This document shows positions 17,880-27,175 of a stretch of DNA of 57,888 bases, in pieces (position 1 is the first letter of the stretch; every line of letters begins with the position of its first letter). Both the position numbers and the translations under genes were made by a program. The DNA is from an uncultured Spirochaetaceae bacterium (GTDB taxonomy: Bacteria > Spirochaetota > Spirochaetia > DSM-27196 > PWMO01): NCBI GenBank assembly GCA_964635245.1, contig CAZWNS010000006.1, forward strand, positions 1-57,888. Direction: 5' to 3'. The notes under the pieces were generated by a model. That model had not been told where the DNA came from. It was given only the letters and a program-made list of their open reading frames with translations, and ran no database searches.

Positions 17880-19016
17880 ATGCGGGGAACTTCGACGCTG
17901 TCACGACTCGGACTGATGATTTCCACATTCGCACGCTACGGTCGATGGATCAGTGTTGCGACCTGGTTCTCCTTTGCCGTCCCGCTGATCGTGCTTACCC
18001 GCCTTACCCTGAGGCTGGACGAGGTGCTCTATCCCGAGCTTCGCGGCCTCCCGATCGAAAAGCCGGTGTTCATCATGGGACATCCGCGAAGCGGCACGAG
18101 CTTTTTCCAACGGCGTGTGTTCCGCAGTGGTGCGGCGGCCATGTTCACCACCTGGGAGCTGTTTGTGCCCTCGGTTGCCCTGCGGCGGCTGTTGCGGCCG
18201 GTGGTGCGGTTGCTCACGCGAAACGATGTGGACGTCGTGCAGTCCTCCGACGTCGGGCACGAGGTGCGGCTCGCGGATGTGGAGGAGGATGAGGGGCTGT
18301 TCCTGCACCGGCTCGACAGCGAGATGATGACCTTCCTCTGTCCCCGCCTGCTCACCGACGACAGCACCGCCGAGCTCGGATTCAGGCTCGGGTGGGTACA
18401 CGAGCGCGAGTTGCGGCGCTCGATGGAGTTCTACCGGCGCTGTCTCAGGAGAAATCTCTATCATTCCGGGAAGGCGCGCGTCGTGGCCAAGTGCAACCCC
18501 TCGATCTTCCGGCTTCCCGCACTCCTCGAGGCCTTTCCCGACGCGCGCATCGTCTACGTGGTGCGTCGCCCCGAGGACAGCATACGCTCCTTTCTGTCCT
18601 TTGCCGGGCGCTTCGTCGCCCCGCTGCTGAAGGAGCGAGAGCTACCGACGTTCTTCCGTCGAAAGTACCGGTGGTGTGTCGAGCTCTACCGGCGGTTCGA
18701 GGAGCTGCGTCCCCGCATTCCTCCGCAACAGCTCCTCGTTCTGAGCTTCGACGAGATCACGAAAGACCCCGGGGCGGCCCTGGGGCGCTTCTTCGAGTTC
18801 TGCGGGATCGAGCCCGACGAGGAAACGATGGAGCGCATCTCCGCGCCGCGCACCTCGCGAGCCCGCAAGCGACACGTAAACGACGCGCTCGCGGCGTTCG
18901 GTATCTCCGAAGAGGAAGTCCGGCGGGATCTCGCCTTCGTGCGCGAGCGCTACTTCCCCGGGGACAGTGGCGAGAAGCCGGAGCCGACGGCCGAGCTCGG
19001 GGGTGTGGGATCATGA
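17880..19016 (+). CDS. Membrane-anchored sulfotransferase family protein
   Basis: It has an N-terminal TM helix. GHPRSGTSFF resembles the PAPS 5'-phosphosulfate-binding loop and VVRRPEDSIRS resembles the 3'-phosphate-binding motif. GGAGGGAG lies 5 nt before the ATG. Confidence 0.75.
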   Translation: MRGTSTLSRLGLMISTFARYGRWISVATWFSFAVPLIVLTRLTLRLDEVLYPELRGLPIEKPVFIMGHPRSGTSFFQRRVFRSGAAAMFTTWELFVPSVALRRLLRPVVRLLTRNDVDVVQSSDVGHEVRLADVEEDEGLFLHRLDSEMMTFLCPRLLTDDSTAELGFRLGWVHERELRRSMEFYRRCLRRNLYHSGKARVVAKCNPSIFRLPALLEAFPDARIVYVVRRPEDSIRSFLSFAGRFVAPLLKERELPTFFRRKYRWCVELYRRFEELRPRIPPQQLLVLSFDEITKDPGAALGRFFEFCGIEPDEETMERISAPRTSRARKRHVNDALAAFGISEEEVRRDLAFVRERYFPGDSGEKPEPTAELGGVGS

Positions 19017-19038
19017 AGCTTTCGTTTAGAATGAAGCC

Positions 19039-20040
19039 ATGAGCGAAGAAAGTGTTGCGGTTCTCTGGGATGCGGAGAACGTGAATCCGAAGTCCCTGAA
19101 GTCGCTGGTAGAGGCGGTTCTCGAGTTTGCAAATCGATTCGGCCGCGTCTCGGTGGCCTATGCCTTCGGTGACTGGAAGCGATCCCGCCTCACCGGCGCC
19201 GACTCGGTGCTTGCCGGCGAGTCATTCCAGCTCATGCACGTGCCGGCGGCCCGAAAGAACAGCGCGGACATCTCGATGGTGACGAGCGCCATGGAGCTGC
19301 TCTTTCTCTACCCACACGTGCAAACCTACGTCCTGGTAACCGGCGATTCCGATTTCCGGCCCCTTCTGGTGAGCATCCGCCGGCGCGGCGCTCAGACCGC
19401 CGTGGTCTGCGACGCGAGAAGCGCCAGCGAGGATCTCCTTGCCCTTGCCGACGAGTACCGCGACTACCGCGACCTGCTTGCCGACGAGGAGACCACGAGC
19501 GCCGAGACCGAGGAGGACGGTACCTCCCTGAGCAGGGAGCAGGCTTTCCAGCTGCTCTCCGAGGCGACGGCGATGATGCGGCAGAACAAGAAAACGCCCG
19601 GTCTCGGACCGGTCAAGATCCGCATGAAGCTGCTCCACGAGGGCTTTGACGAGTCGAAGCTCGGCTACCGCTCGTGGAAGTCCTTTGTGCAGGACGCGCA
19701 GAAGGAAGGCTACGTCACCGTGGAGACCAAGGGCTCCGATCTCATTCTCGCCCTTCCCAAGTCCAAGGAGCGAAGCGCGGAGCGACTTGCCGAGCCCTTC
19801 CACACCTTTCTCGAGACGGTGAAGCAGTGCGGCGGCGGCGAAGATGCCGCAGACGGGATTGCGCTCGCGCGGGTCGGCAACGCGCTCAACGACCGGAACT
19901 TCGACTACCGCAAGTACGGGTACAAGAAGCTCAGCAAGCTCGCCGAGGCGGCGGGAAAGCGTGGTCTCGCCGACACCTCGAATCGCAATCTGGAGTGGAC
20001 CATCAAGCTCACCGACGAAGGCGCGAAGTACCTGCACTAG
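19039..20040 (+). CDS. NYN-domain (LabA-like) protein with two OST-HTH/LOTUS-like modules
   Basis: VAVLWDAENV and YVLVTGDSDFRPLL are the NYN acidic motifs. The C-terminal half has two helix-rich KxGY..W/L..F modules. Confidence 0.8.
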   Translation: MSEESVAVLWDAENVNPKSLKSLVEAVLEFANRFGRVSVAYAFGDWKRSRLTGADSVLAGESFQLMHVPAARKNSADISMVTSAMELLFLYPHVQTYVLVTGDSDFRPLLVSIRRRGAQTAVVCDARSASEDLLALADEYRDYRDLLADEETTSAETEEDGTSLSREQAFQLLSEATAMMRQNKKTPGLGPVKIRMKLLHEGFDESKLGYRSWKSFVQDAQKEGYVTVETKGSDLILALPKSKERSAERLAEPFHTFLETVKQCGGGEDAADGIALARVGNALNDRNFDYRKYGYKKLSKLAEAAGKRGLADTSNRNLEWTIKLTDEGAKYLH

Positions 20041-20088
20041 GGGCTCACGGGTTTGCCGCTCACGTAGAACAGCAATACCTTTAAGGAA

Positions 20089-20457
20089 ATGCTGTACGAA
20101 ATCCGGAACGTTCGGCAGGTTCCCGGAGAAGGGTTCCGGCGATGGTTCACTGATCCGGACCACGACCTGGTTGTGTGGTATCCGGCCCGGGGATCGACAC
20201 GGATCGAGGGCTTTCAGTTCTCCTACGACAAGCAGGGAAATGAGCGTGCGATCACGTGGACGAGGGAGCGGGGCTTCGAGCATCATAGAATTGATGCCGG
20301 AGAAGTCCCGTTCGGCAACAAGATGAGCCCCGTGCTCGTGGCCGATGGTCTCCCCGACGTCAAACGTCTCTTGGAGCGCTTTCGCGCGATATCGGCGGGC
20401 GTCGATGCACGCATCGCGTCGTTCGTGCGGCAGAAACTCGAATCGGCGGGCCGCTGA
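20089..20457 (+). CDS. Hypothetical protein (122 aa)
   Basis: The ORF sits cleanly in its gap and third positions are GC-rich. No family recognised. Confidence 0.5.
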   Translation: MLYEIRNVRQVPGEGFRRWFTDPDHDLVVWYPARGSTRIEGFQFSYDKQGNERAITWTRERGFEHHRIDAGEVPFGNKMSPVLVADGLPDVKRLLERFRAISAGVDARIASFVRQKLESAGR

Positions 20458-20510
20458 GCGCGCCTTGTACGCATGGGGGCGGCATGGTACCGTGCCCGGA
20501 GGAGGATCAC

Positions 20511-20975
20511 ATGACGATTCAGAATGACGCGGTGGTGACCATCGCCTACACCCTGAAAGACGACGACGGGCAGGTGCTCGATACATCACAGGACCACGGT
20601 GACCTCGCCTATCTCCACGGTCACCAGAACATCGTCCCGGGCCTCGAGGAAGCACTCGAGGGCAAGGGCCCCGGTGAGTCCGTTCAGGCCACGGTTCCGC
20701 CGGAGAAGGGCTACGGCGTGCGCGACGAGCAGTTGCTGTTCCAGGTACCCCGCGAGCGCATGCCCGAAGAGACGGAACTGGAGGTCGGCATGCAGTTCGA
20801 AGCGCAGACCTCCGGGGGTGAGCGCCAGATCGTAACGCTGGCCGAAGTGGGCGACTCGGAAGTTACCCTCGACGCGAATCATCCGCTTGCCGGCCGGACA
20901 CTCCACTTCGACGTGACGGTCAACGATGTGCGTGAGGCCACATCCGAAGAGCTCGACCACGGCCACGTCCACTAA
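20511..20975 (+). CDS. slyD: FKBP-type peptidyl-prolyl isomerase, SlyD-like
   Basis: Trimmed to the ATG at 20511, with GGAGGAGG 6 nt upstream. It has VVTIAYTLKDDDGQVLD, VPGLEEAL and a DANHPLAG insert-in-flap layout, and ends in a short HGHVH tail. Confidence 0.85.
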   Translation: MTIQNDAVVTIAYTLKDDDGQVLDTSQDHGDLAYLHGHQNIVPGLEEALEGKGPGESVQATVPPEKGYGVRDEQLLFQVPRERMPEETELEVGMQFEAQTSGGERQIVTLAEVGDSEVTLDANHPLAGRTLHFDVTVNDVREATSEELDHGHVH

Positions 20976-20984
20976 CCACATCCC

Positions 20985-21860
20985 ATGCACACCGGCCACG
21001 GCGAAGATACAGGCGCCTTTCGGGGCGCCTTCTTTCTAAACCTCGTCTTTACCGTCATAGAGCTTATCGGGGGGCTCCTCACCAACAGCGTGGCCATCCT
21101 CTCCGACGCCGTACACGATCTCGGCGACTCGGTGTCTCTGTTGTTCTCCTGGGCGATGGAGCGGGTGGCGGGTCGGCCCCGCACGCCGAAGCAGACATTC
21201 GGGTATAAGAGATACTCCCTCCTCGGTGCGATTGTCGGCGCGGCGGTGCTTCTGGTGGGCTCTGTCTTCGTCATGATGGAGGCCGTACCGCGGCTTTTCG
21301 CGCCCGAGGCGGTGCATCCTGAGGGCATGCTCCCGCTTGCCGTTGCGGGTATGACCTTCAACCTGCTTGCGGTATTGCGGTTGCGCGGCGGGAAGAAGCT
21401 GAATCACCGCGTGGTGGTGCTGCATTTCATGGAGGATGTGCTCGGATGGGTCGGTGTCTTCGTGGTAAGTGTCGTGCTTCTGTTTGCCGACCTGCCGATC
21501 CTCGACCCCATTCTCTCGGTCGTCGTTACACTGTACGTGCTCTCTCGCATCGTTCCCCGGCTCAAGCACGCCCTGGGCGTGTTCATGCAGTATGCCCCGG
21601 CCGATGTCGACACCGGCCGCATCGAGTCGCGCATCTCGGCGATCGAACATGTGGAGGGGCTCCACGACGTGCACGTGTGGTCGCTCGACGGCAGCTACAA
21701 CCTCTTCTCCTCTCACGTCGTAGTCGACGGGGATCTGAGCCTCAGTGACCTCGAGGGGCTCAAAGCACGCATCAAATCGACGCTCGCCGAGTTGGGAATC
21801 CATCACGTGACGCTCGAGTTCGAGGCCGCGGCTGCAGGATGCACCGAATGCGATCTGTGA
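20985..21860 (+). CDS. Cation diffusion facilitator transporter (CzcD/ZitB-like)
   Basis: It has a His-rich N-terminus, the motif SVAILSDAVHDLGDS, six TM helices, and a C-terminal cytoplasmic domain with HDVHVWS. Confidence 0.9.
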   Translation: MHTGHGEDTGAFRGAFFLNLVFTVIELIGGLLTNSVAILSDAVHDLGDSVSLLFSWAMERVAGRPRTPKQTFGYKRYSLLGAIVGAAVLLVGSVFVMMEAVPRLFAPEAVHPEGMLPLAVAGMTFNLLAVLRLRGGKKLNHRVVVLHFMEDVLGWVGVFVVSVVLLFADLPILDPILSVVVTLYVLSRIVPRLKHALGVFMQYAPADVDTGRIESRISAIEHVEGLHDVHVWSLDGSYNLFSSHVVVDGDLSLSDLEGLKARIKSTLAELGIHHVTLEFEAAAAGCTECDL

Positions 21861-21916
21861 CCCGCGACGGACGGGCTTGAGCCGACGGCAGCGTCCCGTA
21901 CATACTGTGGGTAATC

Positions 21917-22657
21917 ATGAAACGGTATCAGGAACAGGCGACCGTCCGGTCATACGACACGGACCATGCCGGACGCCTCAAGCCCAGCGCGCTCTTCAAC
22001 TACTTCCAGGAGGCCGCATGGCGGCATGCGGAGATGCTGGGCTTCGGATACACGGCGCTGCTCGAGCATAACCTGTTCTGGGTTATCTCACGGGTTCAGC
22101 TTGAGTGGACCGAAGAGCTGCGATGGGGCGATGAGATCATCGTGGAGACATGGCCGAAAGGCGTTACAAAGCTCTTTGCTCTGCGTGATTTCATCGTGCG
22201 CCGTGCCGACGGCGGAGAGGCGATACGGGCGACGAGCGCCTGGCTAACTCTCGACCTCGAGAGCAAGCGACCCCGCCGCCCCGAAACCATCATGGACGAC
22301 ACCGCAATGCTCGAGAACGATCACGCCATAGAACAGGTTCCGGGCAAGATCGCCATGCCGACCGACCTCTATCACACGGCAAATCGGATCGCCCGATACT
22401 CGGACCTCGATGTGAACCGGCACGTCAATAACGCGCGCTACGTGGACTGGCTCTTCGACGCGCTCCCCCCGAGAACGGATATGGCGATGCCGTTCTCCCG
22501 ATTGAACGTGCAGTTCACCGGTGAGGCACGGTGGAACGATGAGCTCGACGTGCTGACCGAGGTACATGACTCGATCGGAACGGCGTACGCCTCCATCGTC
22601 AACCGCACCGATGACCGTCACGTCTGTGACGCGGTGCTCGCGTTCCCTCGAGCCTGA
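21917..22657 (+). CDS. Acyl-ACP thioesterase family protein
   Basis: It has a double hot-dog layout with SYDTDHAGRLKPSALFNYFQEAA and DLDVNRHVNNARY. Confidence 0.8.
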   Translation: MKRYQEQATVRSYDTDHAGRLKPSALFNYFQEAAWRHAEMLGFGYTALLEHNLFWVISRVQLEWTEELRWGDEIIVETWPKGVTKLFALRDFIVRRADGGEAIRATSAWLTLDLESKRPRRPETIMDDTAMLENDHAIEQVPGKIAMPTDLYHTANRIARYSDLDVNRHVNNARYVDWLFDALPPRTDMAMPFSRLNVQFTGEARWNDELDVLTEVHDSIGTAYASIVNRTDDRHVCDAVLAFPRA

Positions 22658-22681
22658 CGAGCGGCACGTCCCGGCGTCGGA

Positions 22682-23365
22682 TCACCGCCGGGATTCGATT
22701 GCATCCTCGAAGAATCGCCACAGCGGCTCATCCGGGACGGGTGCGGTGACCACGATCCTGTTGCCTGTGAGGGGATGCGCGAAGCCGACACGCCGCGCGT
22801 GCAGATGGATGCCGCCGCCTTTGTTGGAGCGGGGGAATCCGTACTTGAGGTCGCCCTTGATGTGGCAGCCGATGCGATGAAGCTGCGCCCGTATCTGGTG
22901 ATGGCGTCCGGTCAGCAAATCGATCTCCAGCAGGTGATAGCGGTCGCTCGACGAGATGTGTCGATAGACGAGGGAGGCGAGCCGGGCACCGGAGCGCGGT
23001 CCGGCGAATGCGTACGATTTGTTGAGCTCGTGCTGGTGAAGAATGTAGTGATCGAGGCGCGCCTGTTCCTCCGGCGGCGGCGTATCCACAACCGCCCAGT
23101 ACGTCTTCTCGATACTCCCTTCGCGCAGCATCTCGTTGAGCCGGCGCAGGCAGTTCCCGCTCCTGGCGAACATGACCACACCGCTCGTGGGCCTGTCGAG
23201 CCGATGTACGATCCCCACGAAGCTGTCCGCCGTTCCACCGAGGTGTCGCCTCAGGTCTTCGGCCAGCGGTGTATCACCGGACTCGTTCCACTCGACCAGC
23301 TCCGAGGGCAGCTTGTTGACGCAGGCAAAACAGTCGTCGAGGTAGAGCAGGCGGTCTTCAGTCAT
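22682..23365 (-). CDS. RluA-family pseudouridine synthase
   Basis: HRLDRPTSGVVMFA contains the catalytic Asp. GRHHQIRAQL and LHA are also present. Confidence 0.9.
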   Translation of the reverse strand: MTEDRLLYLDDCFACVNKLPSELVEWNESGDTPLAEDLRRHLGGTADSFVGIVHRLDRPTSGVVMFARSGNCLRRLNEMLREGSIEKTYWAVVDTPPPEEQARLDHYILHQHELNKSYAFAGPRSGARLASLVYRHISSSDRYHLLEIDLLTGRHHQIRAQLHRIGCHIKGDLKYGFPRSNKGGGIHLHARRVGFAHPLTGNRIVVTAPVPDEPLWRFFEDAIESRR

Positions 23366-23445
23366 GGCATCAGTATGCGCGCACGAGCGCGCGTGTAAAG
23401 CGTGGCTTGACGAAGGCCGCGAACATGGGAAAGGGTAGGCCTGGT

Positions 23446-24150
23446 ATGCGACTCTACATCGTGCGCCACGCCGATCCCGACTACCTCGAGAACACGATCA
23501 CCGTGCACGGACACGCCGAATCCGCCGCACTCGGGCGCCGCCTCGAGTGGGAGGGCATAACCCGGCTGTATTCCTCGCCGGTAAACCGGGCCCTTCACAC
23601 CGCCGAGTATGCCGCGCGGCGACTGGGGGTGCGACCGATGATTCTCCCCTGGGCCGAAGAGCTGCGCGGGCTGTGGGTGCCGCACGAGGCTCGCGGCCGG
23701 ATACCGGCGTGGGACATTGCCGCGGAGCGGCTGCTCGAGCCCGAGGTCGCAGGCGCCCACGCGCAGGATCTTGCTTATCCGGAGTTCGCCGGCCTGCCGA
23801 TCACCGAGGCCGTCGACCGTATCCGGCTGCACTCCGACCGCTTCCTCGGCGATCTGGGCTACAGACGAGAGGGGCACCGGTACCGGGTGGAGTCGGCAAA
23901 CACCGAGCGGGTTGCCGTTATCTGCCACGGGGGATTCGGTATGACCTGGATGGCGCTGCTGCTGCAGATACCCTTCGCGGTCGCCTGGGCGGGTTTCTGG
24001 CTGGCGCCGAGCTCGGTTACTACGGTGCTCTTCGATCAGCGTTCGCCGCAGTACGCAGTGCCGCGGTGTCTCAGTGTTTCCGACATTTCCCACCTCTACG
24101 AATCGGGCTACGCCCCGCGGCCCCGCGGCATCGTCGCGAACTTCGACTGA
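23446..24150 (+). CDS. Histidine phosphatase (phosphoglycerate mutase) family protein
   Basis: RLYIVRHADP matches the RHG-type motif, and CHGG occurs later. The start could be 23446 (AAGGGTAGG upstream), 23425 or the TTG at 23407. Confidence 0.8.
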   Translation: MRLYIVRHADPDYLENTITVHGHAESAALGRRLEWEGITRLYSSPVNRALHTAEYAARRLGVRPMILPWAEELRGLWVPHEARGRIPAWDIAAERLLEPEVAGAHAQDLAYPEFAGLPITEAVDRIRLHSDRFLGDLGYRREGHRYRVESANTERVAVICHGGFGMTWMALLLQIPFAVAWAGFWLAPSSVTTVLFDQRSPQYAVPRCLSVSDISHLYESGYAPRPRGIVANFD

Positions 24151-24160
24151 CGGGTCGTGG

Positions 24161-24880
24161 TCAGGGTCCACGTCGCGGGGCCATGAATCGGATCTTTTCG
24201 AAGATGCGTCGCAGGTAGTCCACCTCGAATCTGCGAAGGCCGGCGCGCACGAAGAGATCGCGGAAGAAGCGCGCGCTCTCGCTGCCGTCGGTGTTGCGAT
24301 AGAAGCCGAGCTCATCGAGCGTCGTGTGGACGGTGGACACCAGCTCGTTCACGTCACGAATGCGGGCGACCCCACGTCGCGGCTTGAGATGACCCCCATG
24401 CGCAAAGAGCTCGTAGGTGATGATCTGGACGGCGTGAGAGAGGTTCAGCGAGGGGAACGCATCCGAGGAGGGAATCGACACCATGGTCGAGCAGGACGCC
24501 ACCTCGCCGGTGGTCAGCCCGTGCTCCTCGCTTCCGAAGACGATCGCCGCGGCCTCATCCCCTCGCTCCTCGATGTAGGCCGGAAGCTCTCGGGGTGAGA
24601 GGTGGAGCTTGTTGCGCCGGGCGCCGACGCGGCGCGTGACCGCGACCGAGAGAGATGTATCCGCGAGGGCGTCGGGGAGGTTCTCGTGAAAGGACGCAGC
24701 TGCGTACACGTCGCCGGCGTGTACCGCTACGGCCAGGATTTCCTGCTCCTCGAGCGCCTCGGGGCGGCCGACGATCGAGAGTCGCGATATCCCCATCGTC
24801 TTCATGGCGCGGCATACCGAGCCCACGTTCGCGGAGGTCTTGGGGTGTACGAGCACGACGTGTACGGCATCCAGGTTCAT
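24161..24880 (-). CDS. SpoU/TrmH-family RNA 2'-O-methyltransferase (TrmJ-like)
   Basis: It has VVLVHPKTSANVGSVCRAMKTMG, IVFGSEEHGL and PSLNLSHAV (SPOUT knot motifs), plus a C-terminal extension. Confidence 0.85.
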   Translation of the reverse strand: MNLDAVHVVLVHPKTSANVGSVCRAMKTMGISRLSIVGRPEALEEQEILAVAVHAGDVYAAASFHENLPDALADTSLSVAVTRRVGARRNKLHLSPRELPAYIEERGDEAAAIVFGSEEHGLTTGEVASCSTMVSIPSSDAFPSLNLSHAVQIITYELFAHGGHLKPRRGVARIRDVNELVSTVHTTLDELGFYRNTDGSESARFFRDLFVRAGLRRFEVDYLRRIFEKIRFMAPRRGP

Positions 24881-24965
24881 GACAGACCGGCATTATTGCG
24901 GATTGCCCGCCGTATGTGAAGCCGCCGTGCTGTCACCGCCGCGCGCCATGTGCTATAGTCGAGGC

Positions 24966-25250
24966 ATGCAGAACGGAATCTTCTACGTACAGGTCAAGAA
25001 GGATCTCAAGAAAGCGTTCGAAGACTTCTTCCCGCATATGTCTTCGCACTACATCGGGATGAGCAAGCTGTTCCGCAAGGACAAGCTGTATCCGGTGCTC
25101 GCAACGGAGAAGGTGACGGTATTCACCAAGGACGGGGATGAATCCGAGTCTGCCCGCTTCCTCGTTCCTTCGGAAAACGGAAACTTCATCTGGATACAGT
25201 GTGAGCTCTTCACGTTCGCAGGATTCGAGCCGGACGCACCGGGCAAGTAG
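24966..25250 (+). CDS. Small Lys-rich hypothetical protein (94 aa)
   Basis: Trimmed from ORF 24804..25250 to the ATG at 24966. TGcTATAGT lies 6 nt upstream. By hand count it is about 53% G+C, with 10 Lys and 2 Arg. Confidence 0.55.
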   Translation: MQNGIFYVQVKKDLKKAFEDFFPHMSSHYIGMSKLFRKDKLYPVLATEKVTVFTKDGDESESARFLVPSENGNFIWIQCELFTFAGFEPDAPGK

Positions 25251-25283
25251 TCTCCCGGCTCCGTTATTCCCGGCAGTCCTCCC

Positions 25284-26432
25284 ATGAGCAGCGTGCGGCC
25301 CCTCGACTCGGCGGTCCTCGTCATTAATCCGACACGCAATCCGGAGTGTGTTCGGATGCTGAAGCGACTGGCGAAGCGACGCCGAATTCCCGAAATCATC
25401 GTGACGCGTGACCGGGAACACTTTGCGCGCTCGGTGCGGGAGTTCTGCGGCGGGCCGCACCGCTATCTGCTGGTGTGGGGCGGTGACGGCACCGCCCACC
25501 TTGCTATCAACGCGATGATGAGCGTCGGCTGCGACGGGAGTAAGGCGGTCGGCTTTCTGCGCGGCGGAAGCGGAAACGGCATACAGGACTCCTACAGCGT
25601 CCCCTACGGGCTCACACGGCAGATACGAACCTTCGCGCGCAGCATTGCCCGCGATCGTACGGTGGCGGTCGATCTTCTGCGCGTCGAGGAGGGAGACGGA
25701 TCGTGCTACGGGCAGCTGGTGGGCCTCGGCTTCGACGCGCGGGTTCTCGCCGTGCGGAATCGGGCCGACCACCGGCGGCGGCGAGGCACGGGACTCGCAG
25801 GCTACCTGCGGGCGGGTCTCCGGGTCTTCTTCGGCCCGGTTTTCGACGAGCGCCGGCCGGTGCACCTCATGCTGTCGGACGGAAAGTACGCCTATCGCGG
25901 GCCGCGCATCAACGCGGAGTACAGCTTCGACTATCTGTCGCGGACGACCCGTGCGCCGATGATCGAGATCGGAACGCGCCCCTACTACGGCAGGCTGTTC
26001 AGGGTCTGCCCGGACGTGGTATGTAACGATGGAAATCTCGACCTCTACGTCTTCGATATACGGGCAAAGTCGGCGATAGCGATGAACATGTCGGTGCTGT
26101 GGCGAGGAAAGCACGACGTGCTCAATCGGCGCCTTATCGCGCGCCGGCAGGGTATGATCGAGCGCTACGAGGTGAGGCGGGTGGATATCGAATGCCGGTC
26201 GGCGCTCGACTATCATGTGGACGGTGAGCTGTTCCGGGCCCCGGCGCTCCCCGCGGTCGGCGACGACGACGGAGGCGACGGAGGCGGCGTCGGCGGCGGG
26301 CACGAAGCGGGCGTTGCCCGGCTCTCGGTTTCCGTGGTGCCGGGGGCGCTGCGGTTTCTCGTGCCCGAGAGCTTCTACCGGCTGTTTCACCCCTTTGACT
26401 ACGATGAAGGCTTCGAACAGGGGCTACACTAA
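25284..26432 (+). CDS. Diacylglycerol-kinase catalytic-domain lipid kinase (YegS/LCB5-like)
   Basis: It has LLVWGGDGTAHLAINAMM and LRGGSGNG motifs. An Asp/Gly-rich insertion (GDDDGGDGGGVGGG) lies near the C-terminus. Confidence 0.85.
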   Translation: MSSVRPLDSAVLVINPTRNPECVRMLKRLAKRRRIPEIIVTRDREHFARSVREFCGGPHRYLLVWGGDGTAHLAINAMMSVGCDGSKAVGFLRGGSGNGIQDSYSVPYGLTRQIRTFARSIARDRTVAVDLLRVEEGDGSCYGQLVGLGFDARVLAVRNRADHRRRRGTGLAGYLRAGLRVFFGPVFDERRPVHLMLSDGKYAYRGPRINAEYSFDYLSRTTRAPMIEIGTRPYYGRLFRVCPDVVCNDGNLDLYVFDIRAKSAIAMNMSVLWRGKHDVLNRRLIARRQGMIERYEVRRVDIECRSALDYHVDGELFRAPALPAVGDDDGGDGGGVGGGHEAGVARLSVSVVPGALRFLVPESFYRLFHPFDYDEGFEQGLH

Positions 26433-26458
26433 CTGGATACCTGCAAGGGAGAGCGTGC

Positions 26459-27175
26459 ATGTTGACACTACCGGTGAAGGGCGGCGATGAGCACTTCCGC
26501 GTCGACCCTCGAAAGATCATCTGCCTGGGCCTGAACTATCACGAGCACATCGAGGAAAGCCTGTCGATACAGGTGCAGGGTCTCGACAAAGAGGCGCCGG
26601 CGGAGCCGATTCTGTTCCCCAAGACGCCGAACGCACTGCTGGGGCCCGAGCAGCCCATCGTCCTGCCGCGAATCCTCGCGTCGTACGCGTTCGAGGACGA
26701 GCGCACCGACTACGAGGGGGAGTTGGCGATTATCATGGGGCGGGAGGCCAGGGACGTGGCGGTGGAGGACGCGGCGGCGTATATTTTCGGATACACCTGC
26801 GCGAATGATGTAAGCCAGCGCAACATTCAGAACGGCGACCGCTCAGGCTGGTTCCGCGGCAAGTCCTTTGACGGCTTCGCGCCGATCGGTCCGCGGATCG
26901 TCAAGGCCTCCGATATCGGCAACGTGCTCGATCTGCACATCGAAACACGCCGTAACGGGGAGGTGGTCCAGAGCTCCTCGACACGGCTGATGGTCTTCAA
27001 CGTGTACGAGATCGTCAGCTTCATATCGCGAAACCTCACACTGTCGCCGGGCGATCTCATTCTCTCGGGAACCCCGGGCGGCGTCGGCCCGATCGCCCAC
27101 GGAGACGTCGTGGAGGTGGAGATCGAGGAGATCGGCGTGTTGCGAAACCCCGTGGTCGACCCGCGCCGTACCTAG
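26459..27175 (+). CDS. Fumarylacetoacetate hydrolase family protein
   Basis: It has GLNYHEH, DYEGELA, NDVSQR and GTPGGVG motifs. GGGAGAG lies upstream of the ATG. Confidence 0.9.
   Translation: MLTLPVKGGDEHFRVDPRKIICLGLNYHEHIEESLSIQVQGLDKEAPAEPILFPKTPNALLGPEQPIVLPRILASYAFEDERTDYEGELAIIMGREARDVAVEDAAAYIFGYTCANDVSQRNIQNGDRSGWFRGKSFDGFAPIGPRIVKASDIGNVLDLHIETRRNGEVVQSSSTRLMVFNVYEIVSFISRNLTLSPGDLILSGTPGGVGPIAHGDVVEVEIEEIGVLRNPVVDPRRT

Noticed and set aside
19222-20655. 477-aa minus-strand ORF crossing the NYN gene, the 122-aa ORF and slyD
   Set aside because: It spans three independently supported plus-strand genes and their intergenic gaps. This is a high-GC artefact.
26259-26301. GAC/GGC/GGA-rich quasi-tandem DNA repeat
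   Set aside because: It is in frame inside the lipid-kinase gene and encodes a GDDDGGDGGGVGGG loop. This is low-complexity coding sequence, not a structural repeat or CRISPR-like element. The same applies to the Gly/Ala linker near 54830-54900.
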